64,000 nucleotides of DNA, from contig DATKMK010000066.1 of assembly GCA_035541895.1 (NCBI GenBank), positions 31,004-95,003 of the forward strand, given 5' to 3'. Made by a program: the position numbers and the translations under genes. The notes under the pieces were generated by a model. That model was not told the origin of the DNA. It searched no databases and saw only the letters and a list, made by a program, of their open reading frames with translations. This DNA is from Candidatus Binatia bacterium. GTDB lineage: Bacteria > Desulfobacterota > Binatia > HRBIN30 > JACQVA1. Shown piece by piece: positions 26,007 to 35,409 of the stretch (positions are counted from its first letter, which is position 1; each line of letters opens with the position of its first letter).

Positions 26007-28589
26007 CTACGCCCTCCGCTTCGCGGCTGCGTATTCGACCCGATGGGTGCCGGGCGGCAGCGTGCGCACGCGGTCGACCAAGCGAAAGCCCGTGGGCGCG
26101 ACGAGCTCTGCGCGCATGCGATCGGGCACCGACACCTCGAGTTCGACGCCGTCGTCGCTGCGCTCCCACGTGACGCGCACGTCACCGCGCACGGTGGGAA
26201 AGGTGCCGCGAGCGGAACGTAGGTCTGCGAAGTGCGGCATCAGACGGAAACAGGCGAAGCCGGGCTCGATTGGGAACACGCCGAGCACTTCGGTCGACAA
26301 CTGGTAGACCGGCGTGGCGGAGAAGCCGTGACAGAGACTCGCCGTCGGGTCGAAACTTTCCCACAACGTCGTCGCGCCGCGCGCGAGCATGCGGCCGTAA
26401 CGCTCGCGCATCAGTGCCAGCGCGCGATCGAAGCGGCCGGCGCGACACAGGCCGCGATAGACGAAGTGGCTGTAGAAGGTGTTGGCGAGCACCACATCGG
26501 TGTCGGGATCGAAGGGCTCGCCAGTGGGTGCGATCGGCGGCGCCGCCGTGAACTTGAGGCGCGCGGAGTCGGAGATGTAGTCGACGATCGCTGGCCAGCG
26601 CTCAGCCGGCGCGACGCCCCAGAGCAACGCTGCGCCGTTGGCGTGTTGCGAAACGCGCGCATCCTGGGCGCCGGTGGTCGGGTTGACCATGTCGACGTAG
26701 ACGCCGCGCACCGCGTCCCAATGGCGCGCGTTGAGCGCGAGCGTGATGCGGTCGGCCAACTGATCGTACTTGCGCGCGGCGCGTTCCGATTCGAGTGCGC
26801 GGGCCAAGCGTGCGGCGGCGCGCAAGGCGCCGACCAGCTCGACATTGAGTGCCGCGGCCTCGCCGTGCCGCCCGACCGCCGCCCAATCCATGAAATGCCA
26901 GTACGGACACTCGGCGACCAGGTCATTGGGACCAATCTGACGCTCGAACCACGTCAGCGCCCGCTGAATCGCCGGAAAGATCGCTTCGATCGTCTCGCCG
27001 TCGCCGGTGTAGAGCCAATGCCGCTCGGCATTGACGATCCACTGTAGCGTCCAGTCCGGAATCAGCACCGCGTTGCCGTGATGATCGCCGGGCGCAAACA
27101 TTTGCGTCAGGCCATCCGGGCGCTGGCTTTCCGCGGCGTGCAGCAGGAACTGCCGGTTCAGTGGATTGATTGAAGCGCCGAAGGCGGCTTGGCCGACGAG
27201 AAACTCAACCGTCGCATCGCCGAGCCACTGGCGTTGTTCGCGGCCGGGGCAATCTTCCCAGCCGTCGTGCATGCACTGCTGCAGCGTGTAGCGGCCGACG
27301 TCCCAGAGCTTGGTGAGCATCGGATCCGAGCACTCGAAGGCGCCGCGCGGCTCCGCCGGATAGCGTGTGTACCTGGAGCCGATGTGCCGAATGCGCAAAC
27401 CGTTGAGCGCGTTTCGCACCGTCACTTGCATGTAGCGTACCGCCGTCCACTCGAAGCGCTCGAACCGCTGGCGGCCGGGGCGCGCGATGTAGCGAAAGAG
27501 ATGCGTGCCGTGCCCGCGTTCGATGTCGATCCGCGGCTGCGCGCGCTTCGGATCTTCCCATTCGCCTGCCATCCCTTCGGCGACCGCGAGGTCGATGATC
27601 TCCCCGCCGTTGGCGTCGATGTCGATGAACGCGTGACCCGTGTGAATGCGACCGAAGTCGAGCACGAACGACACGTCATGCTCCGGTGTCGTCCGCACGG
27701 TGGTGATCCGTTCATCACGCGTGAGCAGCGCGCGCGGCTCATCCACGGCATCGGCCGGCATGTCGATCAACTGCTCTTCGTAGAGCTGACGCTCGACCGC
27801 AGCGGTTGGGTTGGGGAGCGCCGCGTACCAACGAAGGATGCGTTCCGCGACGACTGGTGATTCGTTCAAGAATGGGATGGCACGCGGGATCAACGTCGGG
27901 AACGGTTCGATGCGCATCCCGCCCATCATCGAGTCCGGTGGTCCGCCGCCGGCCGTGAGAATCTGAACTCTCTCCCATTGCGAGTCATCGAAGTCGGGCA
28001 GCGTCCAGCCCGCGGGCATCTGGTTGGCATCGTGCACTTCGATGAATCCGAGTCCCCAGACCGCGCGCGGCGTGTCGCGTTGCCACGCGTCGCACTCGTG
28101 GCAGCGCCACTGTTCGTCGGAAAGCACGTCGACGACGGTCTCGCCGCAGCGGATGGTTGTGTCGCAATAGAGCGCGCCGTCGCCAAACACCGGCTGCCAA
28201 TGGCCGATGACGCGTTGGTACCACGAGGTGTCGACGCCGTAGACCCGCACCAGCATCGCGATCACGTTGCGGCCCGGCTGCAGGTGCGCGGCGATTTCGT
28301 AGGTGTCGGTACGTTGGTGGAACGGATCACAGCGAGCCGGCCCGCGTCCGACGCGCGTGCCGTTGATGAAAAGCTGATAGCGGCCATCCACCGTCGTCGT
28401 CAGTCGCGCCTCGTCCGCGGGTGCCGCCAGCTCGAACACGCGACGAAAGAGAAACCAACGATTCGTCCCTTCGTTCTCGCGCCGCAGCGGGCCGCCGAAG
28501 AACACGCGCCACAGTCCGAAGGCGTCGATCGGCTGTTTGCTGGTCCAGATGAACGGGGCGCGGCGATACACGAGTTGAGCTCCAGACAA
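26007..28589 (-). CDS. Alpha-L-rhamnosidase-like glycoside hydrolase (GH78)
   Basis: 860 aa. DGWEDCPGREQRQWLGDA resembles the GH78 catalytic-domain motif, and the six-hairpin region (LIPDWTLQWIVN ... YWHFMDW ... TLWESF) fits. No N-terminal signal peptide (MSGAQLVYRRAPFIWTSKQ). Confidence 0.7.
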   Translation of the reverse strand: MSGAQLVYRRAPFIWTSKQPIDAFGLWRVFFGGPLRRENEGTNRWFLFRRVFELAAPADEARLTTTVDGRYQLFINGTRVGRGPARCDPFHQRTDTYEIAAHLQPGRNVIAMLVRVYGVDTSWYQRVIGHWQPVFGDGALYCDTTIRCGETVVDVLSDEQWRCHECDAWQRDTPRAVWGLGFIEVHDANQMPAGWTLPDFDDSQWERVQILTAGGGPPDSMMGGMRIEPFPTLIPRAIPFLNESPVVAERILRWYAALPNPTAAVERQLYEEQLIDMPADAVDEPRALLTRDERITTVRTTPEHDVSFVLDFGRIHTGHAFIDIDANGGEIIDLAVAEGMAGEWEDPKRAQPRIDIERGHGTHLFRYIARPGRQRFERFEWTAVRYMQVTVRNALNGLRIRHIGSRYTRYPAEPRGAFECSDPMLTKLWDVGRYTLQQCMHDGWEDCPGREQRQWLGDATVEFLVGQAAFGASINPLNRQFLLHAAESQRPDGLTQMFAPGDHHGNAVLIPDWTLQWIVNAERHWLYTGDGETIEAIFPAIQRALTWFERQIGPNDLVAECPYWHFMDWAAVGRHGEAAALNVELVGALRAAARLARALESERAARKYDQLADRITLALNARHWDAVRGVYVDMVNPTTGAQDARVSQHANGAALLWGVAPAERWPAIVDYISDSARLKFTAAPPIAPTGEPFDPDTDVVLANTFYSHFVYRGLCRAGRFDRALALMRERYGRMLARGATTLWESFDPTASLCHGFSATPVYQLSTEVLGVFPIEPGFACFRLMPHFADLRSARGTFPTVRGDVRVTWERSDDGVELEVSVPDRMRAELVAPTGFRLVDRVRTLPPGTHRVEYAAAKRRA

Positions 28590-28679
28590 ATCCGTCGGTG
28601 CACACTAGCCGGAGGAAGCGATCGTGTGAAGCCACCCGCTTGCGCTTTACGTTTGAGACGATCCGATCTACGACGCCGC

Positions 28680-30269
28680 ATGGCCGTCGCTCGTGATCGT
28701 CAGGCGGATGAGACCCGATCGGCTACCGGCACCGTCGATGGCCGCTATGGCGGCTACGTGCTCGCCGTGCTCGTGGTCGTGTACGTCTTCAACTTCGTCG
28801 ATCGCCAAATCCTGTCGATTCTGGCCGAACGCATCAAGCGGGACCTGGATCTTACCGACGCCCAGATAGGGTTTCTCTACGGCACGGCGTTCGCCGTCTT
28901 CTACGCGGTGTTCGGCATTCCGCTCGGGCGACTCGCCGACGTGTGGGAGCGCCGTCGCATCATTGCGCTCGGCCTGTGCTTTTGGAGCGTGATGACGACG
29001 CTGTCGGGATTCGCCCGCACCTTCGCGCAACTCGGCCTGGCGCGGATCGGTGTTGGTGTCGGCGAGGCGAGCATGTCGCCGGCCGCGTTCTCGCTGTTGT
29101 CGGACTACTTCTCGGCGAAGCGTCGCGCGACGGTCATGGCGATTCATCAAAGCGCGATCTTCATCGGCTCCGGCCTCGGCCTCGGCATCGGTGGATTGAT
29201 CGTCGATCGCTGGGATGCGGCCTGGAGTGGCAGCGCGCCGATGGGATTGCGCGGCTGGCAGATCGCGTTCATCGCGGTGGGTTTGCCGGGGATACTCTTG
29301 TCGCTGTGGGTGCGTACGTTGCGCGAGCCGGTGCGCGGGCAAGCCGATGGGATTTATGCGCCGGCGGAATCGCAGCCGATGCGGCAGTTTGCGCGTGAGC
29401 TGCGATCGGTGTGTCCACCATTCACGGTCTGGCACTTGTGGCGTGTCGGCGCGAGTGGACGCGAGATCGCCATCAATCTGCTGGCGGCCGGCGCGCTCGC
29501 GGTGGCCGCGGCCGCGCTGACGAATTGGCTCGGCACGCCGGTGCAATGGATTGCGCTCGGCATCGGCATCTACGCCGGTGTGTCGTGGGCGCAGGCGATT
29601 GGGTACCGCGACCGCGTCTGCTTCGAGCTGATGTTCCACACGCCGTCGCTGCGCTACGCCATCGGCTGCTTCGCGTTTCTGGCAGCGGCCGGATACGGAA
29701 TCAACTTTTGGACGGCGCCGTTCTTCATCCGTGTCCATCACCTGCCGGAAGCACAGGCCGGCCTGATTATCGGCGGCTTGCATGCGACCGCCGGATGGAT
29801 CGGTGTCCAACTCGGCGGTGTGCTCGCCGATCGCTGGCGGCAGCGGACATTGAACGGGCGGCTCTACGTGGCCATGTTGACCGCGGTGCTGCCGGTGCCG
29901 TTCGCCCTGATTGTGTTGAGCACCGACAACACGTCGCTAGCCGCCACGCTCTATTTTCCACAATCGCTGCTGGGCGCGTTGTGGTCGGGCGCGGCCGTGT
30001 CGACGATTCAGGATCTAGTCTTACCGCGGATGCGGGCGACGGTGTCGGCAGCGTATCTGCTCATGGTGACCTTCGTCGGACTCGCGCTCGGTCCCTACAC
30101 GGTCGGACGGCTCAGCGCCGGCCTGGGCGGCCTGCGTCCCGCGATGCTCTGCGCTCTCGGAGTGAACGTGCTGGCCTTGCTGTTCGGCTGGCTGGCGACG
30201 CGTCACTTGCCGGCGGACGAATTGAGCAAAATCGATCGTGCACGTGCGGCCGGTGAGCTGGGCCTGTGA
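28680..30269 (+). CDS. MFS transporter
   Basis: The ATG at 28680 is in frame with the 27978..30269 ORF. YVFNFVDRQILSILAERIKRDL and motif-A-like GIPLGRLADVWERRRII; about 12 hydrophobic segments. Divergent from the rhamnosidase gene. Confidence 0.75.
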   Translation: MAVARDRQADETRSATGTVDGRYGGYVLAVLVVVYVFNFVDRQILSILAERIKRDLDLTDAQIGFLYGTAFAVFYAVFGIPLGRLADVWERRRIIALGLCFWSVMTTLSGFARTFAQLGLARIGVGVGEASMSPAAFSLLSDYFSAKRRATVMAIHQSAIFIGSGLGLGIGGLIVDRWDAAWSGSAPMGLRGWQIAFIAVGLPGILLSLWVRTLREPVRGQADGIYAPAESQPMRQFARELRSVCPPFTVWHLWRVGASGREIAINLLAAGALAVAAAALTNWLGTPVQWIALGIGIYAGVSWAQAIGYRDRVCFELMFHTPSLRYAIGCFAFLAAAGYGINFWTAPFFIRVHHLPEAQAGLIIGGLHATAGWIGVQLGGVLADRWRQRTLNGRLYVAMLTAVLPVPFALIVLSTDNTSLAATLYFPQSLLGALWSGAAVSTIQDLVLPRMRATVSAAYLLMVTFVGLALGPYTVGRLSAGLGGLRPAMLCALGVNVLALLFGWLATRHLPADELSKIDRARAAGELGL

Positions 30270-30414
30270 GCCTGGCAGGGCTTCAAACTGTTGGTCGGGA
30301 GAGTCATCTCCCGGCAAGCCGCGCGTCGGTTTGGAGGGCGCACGCACACGGCGCACACGGCATACGCCCCGCGGACGGAGCCGGGGAATGAATTCCCCCG
30401 CTGAAGGATCCTGA

Positions 30415-30432
30415 AGTCGGCTCAAGCCGACT
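30415..30432 (-). terminator. Hairpin just downstream of the cstA stop (a second hairpin lies at 30383-30398)
   Basis: AGTCGGCT-ca-AGCCGACT (8-nt arms), beginning 16 nt past the cstA stop, in the spacer between convergent genes. The neighbouring GGGGAAT-ga-ATTCCCC could serve the MFS gene. No U-tract. Confidence 0.3.
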
Positions 30433-30447
30433 GGGTCGGAAGGTCGA

Positions 30448-32475
30448 TTAGCCTTCGCTGATCGCGCCGAGCAGAGGCTCCGGCGCCGACCCGCGCAGCA
30501 CCTGGTACCAGGCGCGCGACGCCTCGATGATAATGAGGCCGACCAGGCTCATGAACAGCGCGGTGACCGCGGCATCGAGACGCAGATTGAAAATCTGAGT
30601 GCGGGTCTCAGTGAGCTTGGCGGCCGCGATGGTACCGGCATCGATGGCCGCACTGAGCTTGTTCGCTTGGGCGAGGAAGCCGATCGCCGGATCGGCGGAG
30701 AAGATCTTCTGGTAGCCGGCGGTCATGGTCACCGCCAGCAGCCACGCGAGCGGCAACAGGGTGGTCCACGCGTAACGCCCGCGCCCGCCGCGGATCAAAA
30801 AGGTCGTCGCGATCGCCAGCGCGATCGCGGCGAGGAGCTGGTTCGAGATACCGAACAACGGCCACAGGATGTTGATGCCGCCGAGCGGATCGATGACACC
30901 CTGGTAGAGGAAGTAGCCCCACGCGCCGACCACGATGGTGCTGCTCAGCAGCACGCTCGGGTACCAACTGGTGCGCCCGAGCGGCTCCCACAGATTGCCG
31001 AGCAGATCTTGCAGCATGAAACGGCCGACGCGGGTGCCGGCGTCGAGCGTGGTCAAGATGAACAGCGCCTCGAACATGATCGCGAAGTGGTACCACAGCG
31101 CGCGCGCGCTGCCGCCGAGGGTGCGGGCGAATATGTGCGCCATGCCGACCGCGAGGCTCGGGGCTCCGCCGGTGCGGGCGAACAGCGAGCGTTCGCCGAT
31201 TTCCTCGGCGAGGGTCGCCATCTGCGGCGCGGTGACCGGAAAGCCCCAATTCGAAATCGTCGCGGTGGCGGCGACCGGATCGGCGCCGACGACACCCGCG
31301 GGACTGTTGATCGCGAAGTACACGCCGGGTTGCAATGCGGCGGCGGCGATCATCGCCATGATCGCGACGAACGATTCGAGCAGCATGCAGCCGTAGCCGA
31401 TCATCGGCGCGTCGGTTTCTTCGCGCAGCAGCTTGGGCGTGGTGCCGGACGAGATCAGCGAGTGGAAGCCGGAGATCGCGCCGCAGGCGATGGTGATGAA
31501 GCAAAACGGAAAGACCTTGCCGGCGAAGATCGGCCCGGTGCCGTCGACGAAGCGCGTGAGGGCCGGCAACTCGATGGCCGGCCGCATGATGAGGATCCCG
31601 ATGGCGAGTGCGCCGATAGTTCCAAGCTTCACGAAGGTCGACAAGTAATCGCGCGGCGCCAGCAGCAGCCACACCGGCACCACCGACGCCGCAAAGCCGT
31701 AGAGAATGATCGACCAGGCGAGTTGAGTTGCGTTGAGCGTGAAGACTTCGGCGAGCGTCGGATGCTGATCGACCCAGCGTCCGCCGAGCAGCGCGCACGC
31801 CAGCAAGATCAGGCCGAGGACGGTCGCGCCACGCACATCGGCGGGGCGGATGTACTTCATGTACCAGCCCATGATCATGGCGATCGGGATCGTCGCGCCG
31901 ACCGTGAAGGTGCCCCACGGGCTGTGGCGCAGCGCGTTCACGATGACCAGCGCGAGCACCGCAATGAGGATGATCATGATCGAGAACACGCCGAGCAGCG
32001 CGGCGAAGCCGCCGATCGGACCGATTTCGTCCTTCGCCATCTGACCGAGCGAGCGCCCGTCGCGCCGCAGGCTGCCGCACAAGATGCAGAAGTCTTGCAC
32101 CGCACCGCCGAGCACGACGCCGGCGAGAATCCACAGCGTGCCGGGCAAGTATCCGAATTGCGCAGCGAGCGTCGGGCCGATCAGCGGACCCGGCCCGGCG
32201 ATGGCGGCGAAGTGATGGCCGAACACGACCCAGCGATTGGTGGGAACGAAGTCGCGCCCGTCATTGATCCGTTCGGCGGGCGTTTGATTCGCGCCGTCGA
32301 GCGCGAACAACTTGGCGGCGAGATAGGCGCCGTAGAAGCGGTAGGCGATCGAGTAGACGGCAACCGCCGCGATGACGAACCACACCGCGTTGACGGTTTC
32401 GCCGCGCCAGATCGCGAGCGTGCCGATCGCATACGCCCCGGCCGCCGCCACCGCCGCCCACATCAGTGCCCGCAT
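30448..32475 (-). CDS. cstA: Carbon starvation protein A (peptide/pyruvate transporter family)
   Basis: N-terminal region [89 protein letters not shown] is the highly conserved CstA signature; 675 aa. Confidence 0.9.
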   Translation of the reverse strand: MRALMWAAVAAAGAYAIGTLAIWRGETVNAVWFVIAAVAVYSIAYRFYGAYLAAKLFALDGANQTPAERINDGRDFVPTNRWVVFGHHFAAIAGPGPLIGPTLAAQFGYLPGTLWILAGVVLGGAVQDFCILCGSLRRDGRSLGQMAKDEIGPIGGFAALLGVFSIMIILIAVLALVIVNALRHSPWGTFTVGATIPIAMIMGWYMKYIRPADVRGATVLGLILLACALLGGRWVDQHPTLAEVFTLNATQLAWSIILYGFAASVVPVWLLLAPRDYLSTFVKLGTIGALAIGILIMRPAIELPALTRFVDGTGPIFAGKVFPFCFITIACGAISGFHSLISSGTTPKLLREETDAPMIGYGCMLLESFVAIMAMIAAAALQPGVYFAINSPAGVVGADPVAATATISNWGFPVTAPQMATLAEEIGERSLFARTGGAPSLAVGMAHIFARTLGGSARALWYHFAIMFEALFILTTLDAGTRVGRFMLQDLLGNLWEPLGRTSWYPSVLLSSTIVVGAWGYFLYQGVIDPLGGINILWPLFGISNQLLAAIALAIATTFLIRGGRGRYAWTTLLPLAWLLAVTMTAGYQKIFSADPAIGFLAQANKLSAAIDAGTIAAAKLTETRTQIFNLRLDAAVTALFMSLVGLIIIEASRAWYQVLRGSAPEPLLGAISEG

Positions 32476-32723
32476 CTCACCGCGCCTCCGTCACGTTCGC
32501 TGACATACACGATCGAGACGGGCTGGGGAAAGATTGCGCCCCTTCTTGCCGCTGAGAGGTGCTTAAGGACCACCCAACATCGGGCGCATGAATGCTCGGC
32601 GCGGCCAGTTTCACCGTTCGTTCAGCGATCAAATTTGGGAGAGCGTGCGACGACCCCAAATCCATCTCTACGCGCTCGGTATGTGCAGCGATGCCGATGA
32701 CGGCGACGTCGCCTCACGCAGTT

Positions 32724-33899
32724 TCACTTTCCGAAGCTCGTCAGGCCGAACCCGATCAGCGCCCCGCCCAAGACCAGCCACACCGAATTGACGCGAAGGC
32801 GAAGCAACAGAGCCGCACTGGCGACGGCCAGCAGGAGCGTTGCAAGGTCAACGACCGCGGCCTGCCCCAGCCTGAACGTGACAACAGCCATCAATGCGAG
32901 CGAGCCCACGTTCACCCCGTCGAGGAAGGCGCCCGCCGTCGGCGAGCGCCGCAGCCGCGGAACCAGCGGGCCGCTGAGCGCCACGAAGAAAAACGAGGGC
33001 AGGAAGATCCCCACGGTGGCAACGGCGGCGCCCCGCACGCCACCGAGGTGGTAGCCGATGAAGGTGGCGGTGCTGAAGACCGGGCCGGGCGTAACTTGCC
33101 CGACCGCGACCGCATCGAGCAGCTGACGATCCGTGAGCCAGTGCCAGTGATCGACGAGATCGGCGCGCAGAAAGGCGAGCAGCACGTAGCCGCTCCCGAA
33201 CAGGATCGCGCCAACCTTCAGAAAGAAAAGAAACAGCCCGATCAAGCTGAAGGGTGTGACGGCGGCCACCGCAGTGGCCGCAACAGGACCGATGCCCGTG
33301 CCCCACGTCGATAGCGCTGCGAAACGGCCGCGCGCATCGATGGCGCGCATGATCACCGCAGCAACGCCCGCGCCAAGCAGAACCGCGAACTCGTTGAGCC
33401 CAGCGATGTTTGCTGCCACCGTAAGCGCGGCGAGACCGGCGAGCGGCCCCGTCTTGACCGCCGTGCGGCTCAAGCCCCAGAGCGCCTGCACGACAATGGC
33501 GATGATCACCGGTTTGACCCCGTACAGCAACGCCTCAGCTTGCGGTCGCGTACCGAAGTGGACGTACGCCCACGCGAGCGCAAGCGTTACGAGACTGGCC
33601 GGCACGATGAAGCAAGTGCCGGCGACCGCGAGTCCCGCCCAGCCGGCCCGGTGATGACCAATGTGAATGGCCATCTCGGTGGAGTTGGGACCGGGGATGA
33701 GGTTGGTTGCACCAAGGAGATCGAGGAAGCGCTCGCGCGTCATCCACCGGCGGCGGCGGACCACCTCGTCCTCCATCATCGCGATGTGTGCCGCCGGCCC
33801 GCCAAACGCGGTCGTCCCCAGACGCAGAAAGAGCCCTGCAATCTCTCGCAACGATTGCTGCGTTCGCGAAGCGGCCGGGTGCACAGGTGTAGCAGCCAT
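32724..33899 (-). CDS. chrA: Chromate transporter (two CHR domains)
   Basis: LRLGTTAFGGPAAHIAMMEDEVVRRRRWMTRERFLDLLGATNLIPGPNSTEMA, with a second repeat FLKVGAILFGSGYVLLAFLRADLVDHWHWLTDRQLLDAVAVGQVTPGPV. ATG at 33899 chosen; the ORF is open to 33986. Confidence 0.85.
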   Translation of the reverse strand: MAATPVHPAASRTQQSLREIAGLFLRLGTTAFGGPAAHIAMMEDEVVRRRRWMTRERFLDLLGATNLIPGPNSTEMAIHIGHHRAGWAGLAVAGTCFIVPASLVTLALAWAYVHFGTRPQAEALLYGVKPVIIAIVVQALWGLSRTAVKTGPLAGLAALTVAANIAGLNEFAVLLGAGVAAVIMRAIDARGRFAALSTWGTGIGPVAATAVAAVTPFSLIGLFLFFLKVGAILFGSGYVLLAFLRADLVDHWHWLTDRQLLDAVAVGQVTPGPVFSTATFIGYHLGGVRGAAVATVGIFLPSFFFVALSGPLVPRLRRSPTAGAFLDGVNVGSLALMAVVTFRLGQAAVVDLATLLLAVASAALLLRLRVNSVWLVLGGALIGFGLTSFGK

Positions 33900-33925
33900 C
33901 GCAGACTTTCGGTGACGAACCGGCC

Positions 33926-34414
33926 TCAGTGTGCCGGCGGCAGCACGAGGATTTGGCCGCTCATTGCCGGCTGGTGCATCGTGCAATAGAAGTTGAAGAT
34001 CCCTTCTCGGTGAAAGGTGAACACGAAATCGGTCTTCTCCAAGGCCGGCAGCTTGACTTTCATCAGCACGTCGAGATCGGGATCGACGAGCATGAAGTCA
34101 TGGTCGTCGTCGGGTTGGAGATTCCAAAACGTGACGGCAGTCGGTTCGTCGCGGTGCACGGTCATGAATGACGGCGAGAAACTGTAGACCTCACCAAACC
34201 GGGACACCGTTTCCTTGGGGCCGGTCTCCTTGATGGCCACGGCCTGCGTCAGCACCGTGAAACCTGCGGCTGCGGAACCTTTGAGTGCGACGGTCACGAC
34301 CTTAGATGCGGCCTCGCTTGGCAGATAGTAGTGCTCATCGTGATGCATCCCGCTGGTGCGTGTAGCCAACGGCGCAGCGCTAACGGCCGCAAGGATGAGG
34401 ACAGCTATGCTCAT
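33926..34414 (-). CDS. Secreted cupredoxin (type-1 copper protein)
   Basis: Signal peptide MSIAVLILAAVSAAPLA. Ligand pattern H (DDDHDF) ... C-x2-H-x3-M in FNFYCTMHQPAMSGQILV. The ATG at 34414 overlaps the doxX stop (ATGA). Confidence 0.7.
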   Translation of the reverse strand: MSIAVLILAAVSAAPLATRTSGMHHDEHYYLPSEAASKVVTVALKGSAAAGFTVLTQAVAIKETGPKETVSRFGEVYSFSPSFMTVHRDEPTAVTFWNLQPDDDHDFMLVDPDLDVLMKVKLPALEKTDFVFTFHREGIFNFYCTMHQPAMSGQILVLPPAH

Positions 34415-34863
34415 TGGTTGCTCCAGTGTCGGCGCCCCGCAGCTCGCAGTGCATCGGCGGACCAGGGGCCTGCACCCACGCAGAGGAGGAACATTAATCC
34501 CAGAAGCATGCAGTAGTCGGTGCGGGTTTCGTGCGCCGCCGCCCAGAACCCGCTCTTCAGCAGGATGGGAAACTTGGTCGTCGCCATGGCGACGAGGATG
34601 CTGATGAGCAGCGGGACGGCTGCCGGCCGCGTGAGCCATCCGAGTATGAGGAGCAAGCCGCACACGACTTCGACAACCCCAACGAACGGTGCCGTGACTT
34701 CCGGAGCTGGAATCCCAATCGTCGTGAACCGACCGACGCCCAGGCTGGCGGGGAAAAGGAACTTCTGGATTCCCTCGGAGAGAAAAACGAAACCGACCAT
34801 CAGCCGGATCAAGACCACAGCGGCAGGCGCCGACCGCGGTGTAGGTTCATCGACACGAGCCAA
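34411..34863 (-). CDS. DoxX family membrane protein
   Basis: 150 aa with four hydrophobic helices; LIRLMVGFVFLSEGIQKF ... PFVGVVEVVCGLLLILG is typical of DoxX/DoxD-like proteins. Confidence 0.65.
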   Translation of the reverse strand: MARVDEPTPRSAPAAVVLIRLMVGFVFLSEGIQKFLFPASLGVGRFTTIGIPAPEVTAPFVGVVEVVCGLLLILGWLTRPAAVPLLISILVAMATTKFPILLKSGFWAAAHETRTDYCMLLGLMFLLCVGAGPWSADALRAAGRRHWSNQ

Positions 34864-34879
34864 CTCGATTTCCCTGCTT

Positions 34880-35188
34880 CTAGTCCTCGAGCAATTCGCC
34901 GAAAAGTTCCTTGACTCGCTGCTTGCTCTGCCGCAACGCGCGCCGCCCCTGCGGGGTGGCGCGATACACCCGGCGGATTCGCCCGGCCTCCTGCGTTCGC
35001 GATGACCGAAGATATCCCTGCCGCTCCAGCCCTTCGAGCAACGGATACACCGTGCCCGGACTCAGCTTGTACCCATGGCGCGCAAGTTCCCCGATGATCC
35101 CGAGCCCGAAGATCGCTTCGTGCGCGGCGTGGTGCAGGATGTGGAGGCGGATCAATCCGCCATAGAGCGCTTTGTCTGCGGTCCCCAT
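34880..35188 (-). CDS. PadR family transcriptional regulator
   Basis: LIRLHILHHAAHEAIFGLGIIGELARHGYKLSPGTVYPLLEGLERQGYL is the PadR winged-helix signature; 102 aa. Confidence 0.85.
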   Translation of the reverse strand: MGTADKALYGGLIRLHILHHAAHEAIFGLGIIGELARHGYKLSPGTVYPLLEGLERQGYLRSSRTQEAGRIRRVYRATPQGRRALRQSKQRVKELFGELLED

Positions 35189-35200
35189 TACGTTATCGAA

Positions 35201-35214
35201 ATCCGATATCGGAT
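35201..35214. promoter_or_regulatory. Perfect 14-bp palindrome upstream of padR (candidate PadR operator)
   Basis: ATCCGATATCGGAT, 13-26 nt upstream of the padR ATG (35188), in a locally AT-richer patch with a further GATATCG copy at 35218-35224. Confidence 0.4.
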
Positions 35215-35409
35215 GCAGATATCGCGTGGGCGTGAGTGCGTCAACGGGCGGCTACTGTCTGCCAAATTCAGACGACACCAACGGGCTCCGGCGTGAGATC
35301 GGAGCGGGTGTGCCGCAGGGGCAGGTAAGACGAATCAGATTGCAACATCGGTGTGTGACGGTCGCCCCCAACCCAGTCACGCCGTCGCGGACATTCAGCG
35401 CTACGGTTT

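Noticed and set aside
30608-32700. 508-aa and 677-aa ORFs overlapping cstA (30608..32134 on the minus strand, 30667..32700 on the plus strand)
   Set aside because: These are low-complexity R/D/G/H-rich translations fully nested in or antisense to the unmistakable CstA frame.
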